Source: an uncultured Verrucomicrobiae bacterium (lineage in GTDB: Bacteria > Verrucomicrobiota > Verrucomicrobiia > Chthoniobacterales > JAFAMB01). From it: DNA of 64,000 nt. This document shows, one piece after another, positions 1 to 8,102 of the stretch (positions are counted from its first letter, which is position 1; each line of letters opens with the position of its first letter). Both the position numbers and the translations under genes were made by a program. The stretch covers positions 1,408,001 through 1,472,000 of the forward strand of contig CAVXLD010000001.1 of NCBI GenBank assembly GCA_963762565.1. The letters are read 5' to 3'. The notes beneath the pieces were generated by a model that worked only from the letters and a program-made list of their open reading frames with translations, searched no databases and was not told where the DNA came from.

Positions 1-1
1 T

Positions 2-1789
2 AATCCAGGCACTGATGAAGGCCGGGCCTTATGCCAAGTCGTCTATGATTGCGCTCCTCATTGTAACTTAGCCTTTGCTACCGCGTTCATCAGTGAGGTG
101 GGTTTCGCCAACAATATAGTAGCCCTTCGGGCGGTAGCGAACTGTGACGTCATCGTTGATGATGTTACTTATTATGACGAACCGGTCTTTTCCGACGGTC
201 TTTTAGCTACCGCCGTCAATACCGTCTCTGAAAGCACCACGCTGCCGGGGCACCCAGCGGTGTACGCGTCTTCGGCTGGCAACGATTCCAATAACGGCTA
301 TCGCAGCACTTATCGTCCGGTCCCGGATTCGCAGGTTCGCAAACAGGGATATGGAAATCTGCAGCTTGGTCAGGTGCCTAAATCGCTAACCTCGGGTGGC
401 TGGCACAACTGGAATTCGAACGGCGGATTCGAACCTGCTACTACTGTGAGCGTACCATCCATTCCGGCCGATGGCACTTTCGGATACGCCATCTTCATGC
501 AATGGGATGATCCGTTTGATGAAGCAAACGGCATCACTGACAGCTACAATTTCCTGGTGTTCGACCAAGATGGCAACTTTTTGCCGCAATTCAGCAGCAC
601 AACCGACGCATTCTCAGTCCAACAACCTCTTCAAGGTATCGGCTATTTATCGAACAATACGACCTACCAAATCGCGATCACCGAGGGTAAGAAGAAGGCT
701 GGTTCACCGCCTTCTCCTTCCAGCCATCAGATCGCTTTCTACACCACCCTGGACGGGGCGGGCCAGCTAACCGGACCCTATTTCCACTATTATCCATTGG
801 ATGTGCCCACGCTCTTCGGGCACCCCGCCGCGGACTCAGCGATTGGAGTAGCCGCCTATGTCTATGACTGGACGGATACTAACCATTATCAACCTCAGAT
901 CGAAGACTATTCCTCCCCAGGACCGGCTGCGATCTATTTTGATCAAAACCAAAATCGACTGAGTGCTCCCACCTATCGATTGAAACCCGAAGTGGCCGGG
1001 GTCGACGGGGTTGGTACAACATTTTTCGGTGGTCCATATGAAACGAACCAATTCTCTTTCTTTGGTACCAGCTGTGCCGCTCCGCATATCGCCGGAGTTG
1101 CGGCCTTGATCGTCCAGGTAGCAGGCGGGCCCGGTTCGATTCATCCCGCTGACGTAAAAGATTTGTTAGAACAAACCGCTCCGCCGCGCGATGTTGATCC
1201 GTTGTTCAGCTCAGCGTTGGCTTCAAGTTCGAGCGGTTTCGTATCGGTGACCGCCCAGGGCACGGCCCAAGACGGCGCCAACTCATCTGCCAGCGGAAAC
1301 TTCTTTACCGTGAGCTTTTTGGGTGCTTCCGGTCAGTCACTCAACAGCATCACATTAAATGGAAAAGCCGCGGGCTTGGTCTATAACAGCAATTCGCCCA
1401 ACTATGTGCCTGAGCTCGGTACGCTGATTGGAATTTCTGCCTCGGACATTACGCTGGTACCGAATCCCGGTGCTGGAAAAGCGAAGTTGACTCTCAACTT
1501 TACCCCGGGCGTGTTTACCAGCGGTGTTTCCGTCAGCTTTAGAGTCAAGCCGGAAGTAAAGCTCGCAGCCTCCGGTGGCAGCTCGGCAGATTCGGAAGGC
1601 GCAGTAACCTTTACTGCGAAGTTCTGTGGTAGCTTCAAGGATACTGTTCAGGGCACGCTGCAAAACACTTTCGGCACCGGTATCACGAATCCAAACAACG
1701 GAGCATTGTTGCCGGATGGCTATGGATTGGTGAACGCGTTCGATGCGGTAGAAGCGTTATTGTCTTCCGCCGTTAAGAAAAAGCCCTGA
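2..1789 (+). CDS. Subtilisin-like (S8/S53 clan) serine peptidase, 5' end outside the window
   Basis: Frame is open from base 2 (NPGTDEGRALCQVVYDCAP); SSAGND oxyanion motif; KPEVAGVDGV; FFGTSCAAPHIAGVAAL catalytic Ser motif; C-terminal GYGLVNA. Confidence 0.85.
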   Translation, partial: NPGTDEGRALCQVVYDCAPHCNLAFATAFISEVGFANNIVALRAVANCDVIVDDVTYYDEPVFSDGLLATAVNTVSESTTLPGHPAVYASSAGNDSNNGYRSTYRPVPDSQVRKQGYGNLQLGQVPKSLTSGGWHNWNSNGGFEPATTVSVPSIPADGTFGYAIFMQWDDPFDEANGITDSYNFLVFDQDGNFLPQFSSTTDAFSVQQPLQGIGYLSNNTTYQIAITEGKKKAGSPPSPSSHQIAFYTTLDGAGQLTGPYFHYYPLDVPTLFGHPAADSAIGVAAYVYDWTDTNHYQPQIEDYSSPGPAAIYFDQNQNRLSAPTYRLKPEVAGVDGVGTTFFGGPYETNQFSFFGTSCAAPHIAGVAALIVQVAGGPGSIHPADVKDLLEQTAPPRDVDPLFSSALASSSSGFVSVTAQGTAQDGANSSASGNFFTVSFLGASGQSLNSITLNGKAAGLVYNSNSPNYVPELGTLIGISASDITLVPNPGAGKAKLTLNFTPGVFTSGVSVSFRVKPEVKLAASGGSSADSEGAVTFTAKFCGSFKDTVQGTLQNTFGTGITNPNNGALLPDGYGLVNAFDAVEALLSSAVKKKP

Positions 1790-1821
1790 CCGCCCAGTTA
1801 GCCGCACGCCAAGCGCAGGTT

Positions 1822-2676
1822 TTACGGTCCCGTCCGCGAAGGACGGGACCGTTTTGCTTCTGAAGCCGAGGACGCATCGGGGAAGGGCTGGCAGTGGGAA
1901 CACCAGCAAGTAGTGCGGCCGCCGATCTTTTCGCGCAGCAGGCTCGTTCCGCATCTGGGACAGCGGCCACCATCTTTCCAGCGATGGGAAAATAGCCAGG
2001 TGGACGGAAACTCCCAATTCTTGTCCACCTCGTTCATGGCTGAAACGGTGACTCGACGGATCGCTTGATAAAGTTTTTTGACTGCGGTTGGTGACAGCGC
2101 TCCGGCTAAGATCTTTGGGTGTGATTTTGCCCGCCAAAGGATCTCATCGGCCATCCAGTTGCCGATTCCCGGAAATCGGTCCTGCATCAAAAGCAATGGC
2201 TTGAGCGGGGTGCGCTTTCTTCGGGCACAAAATTCGGTTACCCAGTCCACCGTAAACCGGTCTGACAAAATCGGTGGCGGCAACCGCGTCCACCACGTCG
2301 GTTGGTCTACCCCTTGGGTTAGTCGTAGCCGGCCGAAACGCCGTTGATCGGAGAAGACCAACGAGTGGCGTGCTTGCCGTAGGACCAAATGGTCGTGCTT
2401 TTGAGGCTGGTAGCCGGCCGTCTCCACGGTAAGCTGGCCGGTCATACCCAGATGGATTCCTAGCCAGACATCCCGTCCAAATTGAAAGAGCATCTGTTTC
2501 CCGTGGGTCTCTGAGCCGGTCAAAGGTTTGCCGGTTAAAGCTGCTACCAGATCGGCTGAACGTACGCCGCGCCAGACCGGTGATCGAACGTTCTGCACGG
2601 AGACCGCCAGGATTTTATTGCCTTGGCCACGATGCCAAACCCGGCGGTTCTGTTCTACTTCGGCAAGTTCTGGCAC
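1822..2676 (-). CDS. mutM: Fpg/Nei family DNA glycosylase
   Basis: N-terminal MPELAEVE, GK motif, HLGMTG, GIGNWMADE H2TH motif, C-terminal zinc finger CPRC...CSHCQ. Confidence 0.9.
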   Translation of the reverse strand: MPELAEVEQNRRVWHRGQGNKILAVSVQNVRSPVWRGVRSADLVAALTGKPLTGSETHGKQMLFQFGRDVWLGIHLGMTGQLTVETAGYQPQKHDHLVLRQARHSLVFSDQRRFGRLRLTQGVDQPTWWTRLPPPILSDRFTVDWVTEFCARRKRTPLKPLLLMQDRFPGIGNWMADEILWRAKSHPKILAGALSPTAVKKLYQAIRRVTVSAMNEVDKNWEFPSTWLFSHRWKDGGRCPRCGTSLLREKIGGRTTCWCSHCQPFPDASSASEAKRSRPSRTGP

Positions 2677-2680
2677 AGCA

Positions 2681-2713
2681 AGAATAGCAAATAGCAGATC
2701 GCAAATAGCAAAT
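2681..2713. repeat. TAGCAAA heptamer array (orphan left arm)
   Basis: AGAATAGCAAATAGCAGATCGCAAATAGCAAAT, identical to 62781-62813. Confidence 0.85.
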
Positions 2714-2788
2714 AAAGACTTGGGCGATGCTGCACCGCCACGGCTTCGTTCTCCTCCTCTTAAGGAACACGCGTCGTCGCTCGCCCAA

Positions 2789-3081
2789 CGCCTGGAGGGG
2801 AGCCGCTTTGGCCTGTATGCCTCGCGCTCGCGATATTCGTTTCAGGGCACAATCTGGCTAAAAGAGGTCGCAACAGGCGGCTCCCGCGAATAACCCAGGA
2901 TGATGCAATTATGCTGTGGCTCAATCTGTGGAATCGGCTTGGACACCATCAGTAGACCTGCGCGAGCGCTGGGTGAGTTCCCGGGAGCCGCCTGCTTTCT
3001 ACGCGCATCGGCCGGGGGCCATATTCAGGCGAAACTTAGAAGGTCGGCCCGGCGCGCGCCAAAGCGGCTCCCCTCCAGGCG
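2789..3081. mobile_element. REPIN/MITE-like element, family B
   Basis: Perfect 24-bp terminal inverted repeat CGCCTGGAGGGGAGCCGCTTTGGC; inner inverted pair AGGCGGCTCCCGCGAA / TTCCCGGGAGCCGCCT. Confidence 0.8.
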
Positions 3082-3134
3082 CTGGACGGCTTCTGCACGC
3101 TACGGGGTCGAGGATCCACGGAAGACCGCACGGT

Positions 3135-3608
3135 TCAAGGGATGAGTTGAACCAGCTTTGTCTCGATCCCGGCTTCGCTAAAATCCGCTTTGACAAAACA
3201 GACTGGCAGTTTAAACCGGCGCGGACCTACGCTGCCCGGATTCACGTAAAGCACCCCCTTAGCCTTGCGAATCAGGGGCCGGTGTGAATGGCCGGATACT
3301 AGCATAGCGAAGCCAGCCACCGCGGGATCCAAGTCCAGGTTAGCTAGGACATGGAGCACATATACCAAGTGACCACGAATTGAGACCAATTCCGTCTCTG
3401 GCAGGTCCTTCAGATGATCATCAACGTTTCCCTGAACGGCAACCACGGGAGCATATTGCTTCAGCCGGTGCAGAACCGTCAGCTGCCCGACGTCTCCCGA
3501 ATGCAGGATCAGGTCGACGTTTCCGAGATGTTCCGTCAGTTCCGGACGAAAGAGACCATGAGTATCGCCCAGGATGGCAACGTTCTTAGCGTTCGGATAT
3601 TCGAGCAT
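3135..3608 (-). CDS. YfcE-type metallophosphoesterase
   Basis: GDTHG, HSGD, GNVD, SGHSH and NPGS motifs; start moved to ATG at 3608 (MLEYPN). Confidence 0.85.
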   Translation of the reverse strand: MLEYPNAKNVAILGDTHGLFRPELTEHLGNVDLILHSGDVGQLTVLHRLKQYAPVVAVQGNVDDHLKDLPETELVSIRGHLVYVLHVLANLDLDPAVAGFAMLVSGHSHRPLIRKAKGVLYVNPGSVGPRRFKLPVCFVKADFSEAGIETKLVQLIP

Positions 3609-3650
3609 CGCGTTCAGGTCTAAAATACATCGGATTATCGCCCAGCGCCC

Positions 3651-3790
3651 GGGGGGATTGCGTCCTGGTCCGGCAGCTGCCAGGCAGCTGCGGGATGGTG
3701 ACCGAAGCCGAGGACGTGTTGTGATCGCGGACCGAAATACCTTTTGAGTGGTGGCACGTCCTCGCAGCGCGCGAGGACGCGCGCCCTCCC
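3651..3790. repeat. REP doublet, family C (degenerate left arm)
   Basis: Right arm GCGCGCGAGGACGCGCGCCCTCCC is the reverse complement of the arm starting at 47226. Confidence 0.65.
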
Positions 3791-3921
3791 CCTCCCCGGT
3801 CGCGTCCCGTGTCTCGTATCCCACTACAAATGGACATCTGAGAGCCCACCGACACAAAATATTGCGTTTTTATGAACACTCTTGCTTGGCAGTGTTCAAG
3901 ATCTGCGATAAGAAGGAAGCT

Positions 3922-4824
3922 GTGTTCGAGCTCGCGATTCTTGGAAGTGGCAGCGGCGGAAACAGTGCGCTTATCACAACGGAGAATTGCCGGATACTGG
4001 TCGACGTCGGTTTCAGCGCGAGACAAATTTGCCATCGCCTGGGAGCTCTTGGTGTTACTCCGGACAGCTTGAACGCGATTCTACTCACGCACGAGCACGG
4101 CGATCACATCGCCGGCTTAGACGTGTTCAGTAGTAAGTTCAGGGTCCCGATTTATTCTAACCGGCTGACGGCCGAGGCCATCAGGGCGCAAGGAATAGCT
4201 CCAAATGCGCCCTGGACGATATTCAGCACCGGAACCTCGTTTACGATTCAGGACCTGGATGTTCAGACTTTTTATGTGCCGCATGACGCCGTAGATCCGG
4301 TGGGGCTCATCGCTTCAAGTGGTTATGGTTCAATAGGATTCCTCACGGATCTCGGCTTCGCCACTAAGATGGTCCGGGAACGAATTCGCGAAGTGCACAC
4401 GCTGGTTGTCGAGACCAATCACGACGAACGCAAGCTGCAAGACGATCCTAAAAGACCGTGGTCGGTGAAACAGCGTATTCTTTCCCGCCACGGCCACCTT
4501 TCGAATCGGGCCGCGGCGACCTTGGTAGCGGAGATTGCCGGAGATGGTTTGGAACGAGTGATTTTAGGTCATCTCAGCCGCGACTGTAATACTCAGGAGC
4601 TCGCTCTAGCTGAAATGGAACGCGTCGGGTTAGAACGGCTCGAGTTATTCTGCGCGCAACAACATGAAGTGAGCCCTCGTTTTTCGATCGGTCGGGTATT
4701 GTCTGAAACCGACGATCTAGATGATCTATCGAAGATAGAGGAGCAAATAGATCCAGTTGCCTATCACCAGGCCGACCGTTATCACACGCAATACACGCTG
4801 AACCTGCAATGGGATGGGATGTAA
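3922..4824 (+). CDS. MBL-fold metallo-hydrolase (YycJ/WalJ-like)
   Basis: LGSGSGGN, THEHGDH, PHDA, TDLG, GHLSN and HLS motifs; GTG start at 3922. Confidence 0.88.
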   Translation: MFELAILGSGSGGNSALITTENCRILVDVGFSARQICHRLGALGVTPDSLNAILLTHEHGDHIAGLDVFSSKFRVPIYSNRLTAEAIRAQGIAPNAPWTIFSTGTSFTIQDLDVQTFYVPHDAVDPVGLIASSGYGSIGFLTDLGFATKMVRERIREVHTLVVETNHDERKLQDDPKRPWSVKQRILSRHGHLSNRAAATLVAEIAGDGLERVILGHLSRDCNTQELALAEMERVGLERLELFCAQQHEVSPRFSIGRVLSETDDLDDLSKIEEQIDPVAYHQADRYHTQYTLNLQWDGM

Positions 4825-5145
4825 CCTGAGCCGTTTCATTCGAAACACCAGCACGGTAGTCGCGTAGATATCGAAAATAATTATGCCCAGGTACACCAAG
4901 CACATCAAGGGATTGGTGCGAAATGCCAGACCGATATCGCCATGCGCCAATGCTAACGCGCTTCGAGTTGCGCCACAGGTCGGACAGGGAACGCCGAAAG
5001 TGTGGCGGAACAAACAAACCGGCCAAGGTAATCGTAGCGCGAGCCAGGACAGACAGCCGAACCCGAAGCTAGCCGTCGCGAACAGGAACCAGGGTTCGAA
5101 ATCAATCTCCCTGGGTGCTAGCGGGCGGGCGCTGAATGCTTTCAC
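4726..5145 (-). CDS. DUF2752-like membrane protein
   Basis: CLFRHTFGVPCPTCGATR...NP motif; GTG start overlaps the upstream stop codon. Confidence 0.8.
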   Translation of the reverse strand: MKAFSARPLAPREIDFEPWFLFATASFGFGCLSWLALRLPWPVCLFRHTFGVPCPTCGATRSALALAHGDIGLAFRTNPLMCLVYLGIIIFDIYATTVLVFRMKRLRLHPIPLQVQRVLRVITVGLVIGNWIYLLLYLR

Positions 5146-6044
5146 GATTGTTGGGAGTGTGACACCGCCATCGCAATTATACCGATGTAAAGGCCACCCA
5201 CCATCAAACAACAAACCACATACGGCGCCAGCATCGCCACCGAGGCCTTCCACCCTTCAATCCCGTGCACTTTTGAAAGTCCGATGATGCTGGAAACGAA
5301 GAAGAACGGGATTACCGCAAAACCTCCACAGAACGGGATCAAGCTAAAGACATGTGCTGAGTAAGAATAACAGACGACCTTGTAGGTAGCATCGTATCCT
5401 TTGTTTGCCCCGCCCAGCAGCATGAGGATCAGGTGATGAATCCCTGCCATTAGGAAATTGAAACCCAACCAAATGGCGACATAGAGAATAAAAGCCCCAG
5501 GGATCAGAATCAATAGGGCCCAGACCGGAAAATTGAAATTTCTGAGCTCTTCTGAACCCGAGAAAGCTTTGGAAACATAAGGGAGTTGAACCAACTCCAG
5601 AGCAATCAAGATCCCGTAAGAGACTAAGCCTACCGTGAACTGTAACAACAAAAGGAAAGTGGTCGGCGGAATCAGCCGGCCATCGACCGGCATTCGCGGA
5701 AAGGTCAGATGAGGTTCGAATAAAACGTCTCGAATCGTCATGAAAAACGCCGGAAACAGTTTTTCTGCTGGGCGACGTTCCCACGCCGGCGCCACGTCGG
5801 GACGAGCGGCGCCGGGCACGATGGCGTCGCTAAGTGGCGGAGTAGGATAAGCCGGTGTTGCGGGTTCGACCGGCGCAGCAGGAATGTGAACCCCAGGAAA
5901 CTCGGAAAGCGGTTTCCAGCTCTCCATTCCTTCTTGCCAGGCTAGATCAGTAGCAACGAACTGTCCCTGATCAAGGCCGCGTTGCACCTCTTCAATCGTG
6001 TAGGTACCGAGATTTTGCCCAGCCCGATTTATCCAAATCTTCAT
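5142..6044 (-). CDS. GYF_2 (DUF4339) + YIP1-like membrane protein
   Basis: N-terminal GQNLGTY...LAWQEGMESWKPL, Pro-rich linker, about five hydrophobic segments. Confidence 0.8.
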   Translation of the reverse strand: MKIWINRAGQNLGTYTIEEVQRGLDQGQFVATDLAWQEGMESWKPLSEFPGVHIPAAPVEPATPAYPTPPLSDAIVPGAARPDVAPAWERRPAEKLFPAFFMTIRDVLFEPHLTFPRMPVDGRLIPPTTFLLLLQFTVGLVSYGILIALELVQLPYVSKAFSGSEELRNFNFPVWALLILIPGAFILYVAIWLGFNFLMAGIHHLILMLLGGANKGYDATYKVVCYSYSAHVFSLIPFCGGFAVIPFFFVSSIIGLSKVHGIEGWKASVAMLAPYVVCCLMVGGLYIGIIAMAVSHSQQS

Positions 6045-6161
6045 TCTGCCATGGGTTGTAGAGGAAGATATGGGTGAAGGTCAACTACTAGAGGTTTAAG
6101 GGGTCGAGCGCTGGGCTCTTGATTCGTCTCAGCACGGGGTACGCTCAATAGCCTGGATCGA

Positions 6162-6224
6162 ATGGGACCCGCCTCCGCCAAGCCTACGGCGCGGCAGGCT
6201 TTATGGCGCCTATGGGACTGATGG
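6162..6224. repeat. Small hairpin insert within a TATGGGAC 9-mer array
   Basis: Close match to 50759-50823. Confidence 0.65.
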
Positions 6225-6275
6225 AAGCTTTCAGCAGCCACCAGGACCGGCTAGCCAAATGCAAACCGCTAACGC

Positions 6276-6980
6276 CTAACTCGCTTCCGCGGGTCCGTTC
6301 ATGAGCGCCAGGATATGTTTCTTTTTCTGGTCATAACTCAGCGTGTGAAAATTTCTAATTTCTTCGACGCGTCGTACGCCGTTCAGGGAATCAAGGAAAT
6401 GCGTGTATTGCGATGCCAGCTCACTGGTTTCCATGTAACGCGCTCGCAGATTAGCATCCCGATAGGCGTTACCAGACCGTGATTCGAACAGATGAAACCG
6501 AAGCCAACGCCGGTCGGTTCGAGACACCCTTTGGCTACGGCGGAAAAACGCTACGTAGAGCAACAGGACGAGGTAGGTATCGACCATACCTTGCAGCTCT
6601 AAGTTTCGGGCAAAGTCTTCGCTATCGATGCGGCGTAAACCAGCTTTAAACTGGAGCGCCGCATGTAATGCGTGATTGATCTCTTCCACGAACATGATGA
6701 GAGATCGAATGTTCGTATTCGAAAGGCCGCTTCTTGGATCGTATTTCTCCAATTGCTCGATCAACCAGCTGGAATAATAGATCCCAACGTACAGCCGATC
6801 GTCCGCCGTCCTGAGGAAAGTACGCGCCAAATCGCTTAGTTCTCGCGAGGATGCGCCTGCTAAACGCGATAAGTGTGCACACCGCGAACGATCAATTAGG
6901 CAGTCTTCCAGATTGATCCCGACATTTGCGTAGGTGCGTTCGAACAAACGCTGCAGTTCGCTGAAAAGTGTAGGGTTCAT
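6276..6980 (-). CDS. Conserved hypothetical protein
   Basis: 234-aa ORF 1 bp downstream of the upstream gene; EEINH and ELQGMVDTY motifs. Confidence 0.75.
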   Translation of the reverse strand: MNPTLFSELQRLFERTYANVGINLEDCLIDRSRCAHLSRLAGASSRELSDLARTFLRTADDRLYVGIYYSSWLIEQLEKYDPRSGLSNTNIRSLIMFVEEINHALHAALQFKAGLRRIDSEDFARNLELQGMVDTYLVLLLYVAFFRRSQRVSRTDRRWLRFHLFESRSGNAYRDANLRARYMETSELASQYTHFLDSLNGVRRVEEIRNFHTLSYDQKKKHILALMNGPAEAS

Positions 6981-6981
6981 A

Positions 6982-7668
6982 TCAAATTACGGTTTGGCAA
7001 TAACGATGGTCTCCCAGATCGACTAGCTCGTCGGCCAGCTTGTTCAGAGCCAGACGACAGTCTCGGAAACGGTCCGACAGCGTCTCAAGTATGGGACCCA
7101 GCTCAAACTTCTTGGCCACGCCATGCGAAGCGGCGGCATGAAAACTGGTCCTGCCCAGCTCCTCATAGAACGAACAGCTCGGCGCCCCTCGGTGCCGGCG
7201 CGATTCGATATTTTCGTGAAAGATGCCGGTGACGAAAAGCGCGTAGTTGCCTACATGGGATTGAATCAAAAAAGCCTGGTATGGCGAAGCGTCCTTCAAT
7301 GCCAGCAATAGATCGGACAAATAGGTCGCCGGCCCCTCCGCGACCGGTCCTCGCATCTGGCGCGTACTGGAAAACTTCTCCAGGAGCGCCGCCACGTAAT
7401 CGCTCAATACTCGCTCCTCAATACCAACCCGGCGCAATACCAACCTCGACAGAATGTAAAAGTAAAACTGCGGCGAAATGGTCAGGTTGCCCGTATTTTC
7501 GAGGATCGCCCGATAGAGACTCTCGTGGTCCAAGATCTGATCCCGAGTTTCGGGATCGGTCAAAAGTTCGACTAGGCTGACTTTTTGCCGGTTGTCCCGC
7601 CCGAGAACTCGAACCACGAATTCAAAATCCTCAGCGGTAAACCTGGCCCGACAGTTCGGTTGAATCAT
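6982..7668 (-). CDS. Conserved hypothetical protein
   Basis: 228-aa ATG ORF in an apparent operon with 6276-6980; GNYALFVTGIF motif. Confidence 0.75.
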   Translation of the reverse strand: MIQPNCRARFTAEDFEFVVRVLGRDNRQKVSLVELLTDPETRDQILDHESLYRAILENTGNLTISPQFYFYILSRLVLRRVGIEERVLSDYVAALLEKFSSTRQMRGPVAEGPATYLSDLLLALKDASPYQAFLIQSHVGNYALFVTGIFHENIESRRHRGAPSCSFYEELGRTSFHAAASHGVAKKFELGPILETLSDRFRDCRLALNKLADELVDLGDHRYCQTVI

Positions 7669-7753
7669 CGGGACTTAATCTTTAGCAAATTATGGGCCAT
7701 CTTGGAAACATTTTCTCTAGTCCGTGGATCCCGATGTGAGCTTGCCCGACGCC

Positions 7754-8020
7754 CTGGTAGGGCGAGGCTCCCGAACAAGCGCCGATATTTCCGAAGGTTG
7801 CCGCGGTCTCTGCGACGACATCCACGAGGCCGAGTCGCTGCCGAGCCGGGCCCAGCGCCATGCAGCTGAAATGGCTTGTTGGTTGATCCTATCGATTCCA
7901 CGTAGGTTGTCGCACCAGCGGCCACGGCTCGGCGCGTCTTCAGGCGTGGTAAACGCTCGAAAGGTGAGCATTCCTTTCCGCGCTGACCCGCTGCGTCTTT
8001 CGGGAGCCTCTCCCTACCAG
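7754..8020. mobile_element. REPIN/MITE-like element, family A
   Basis: Terminal IR CTGGTAGGGCGAGGCTCCCGAA (1 mismatch); inner GCCGAGCCG / CGGCTCGGC. Confidence 0.8.
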
Positions 8021-8102
8021 CCGCCCACCAATCACCAATCACCTTTCACCTGTCACCCTTCACCTTTTGCCACGCCCCTTTCCCAAACGGCATCTTTGAC
8101 CG

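Noticed and set aside
3748..3921. Long N-terminal extensions in the ORF track (3748, 3857, 13634, 19410, 23244, 41442, 55415)
   Set aside because: They run through repeats or overlap neighbours; the family motifs begin at downstream starts
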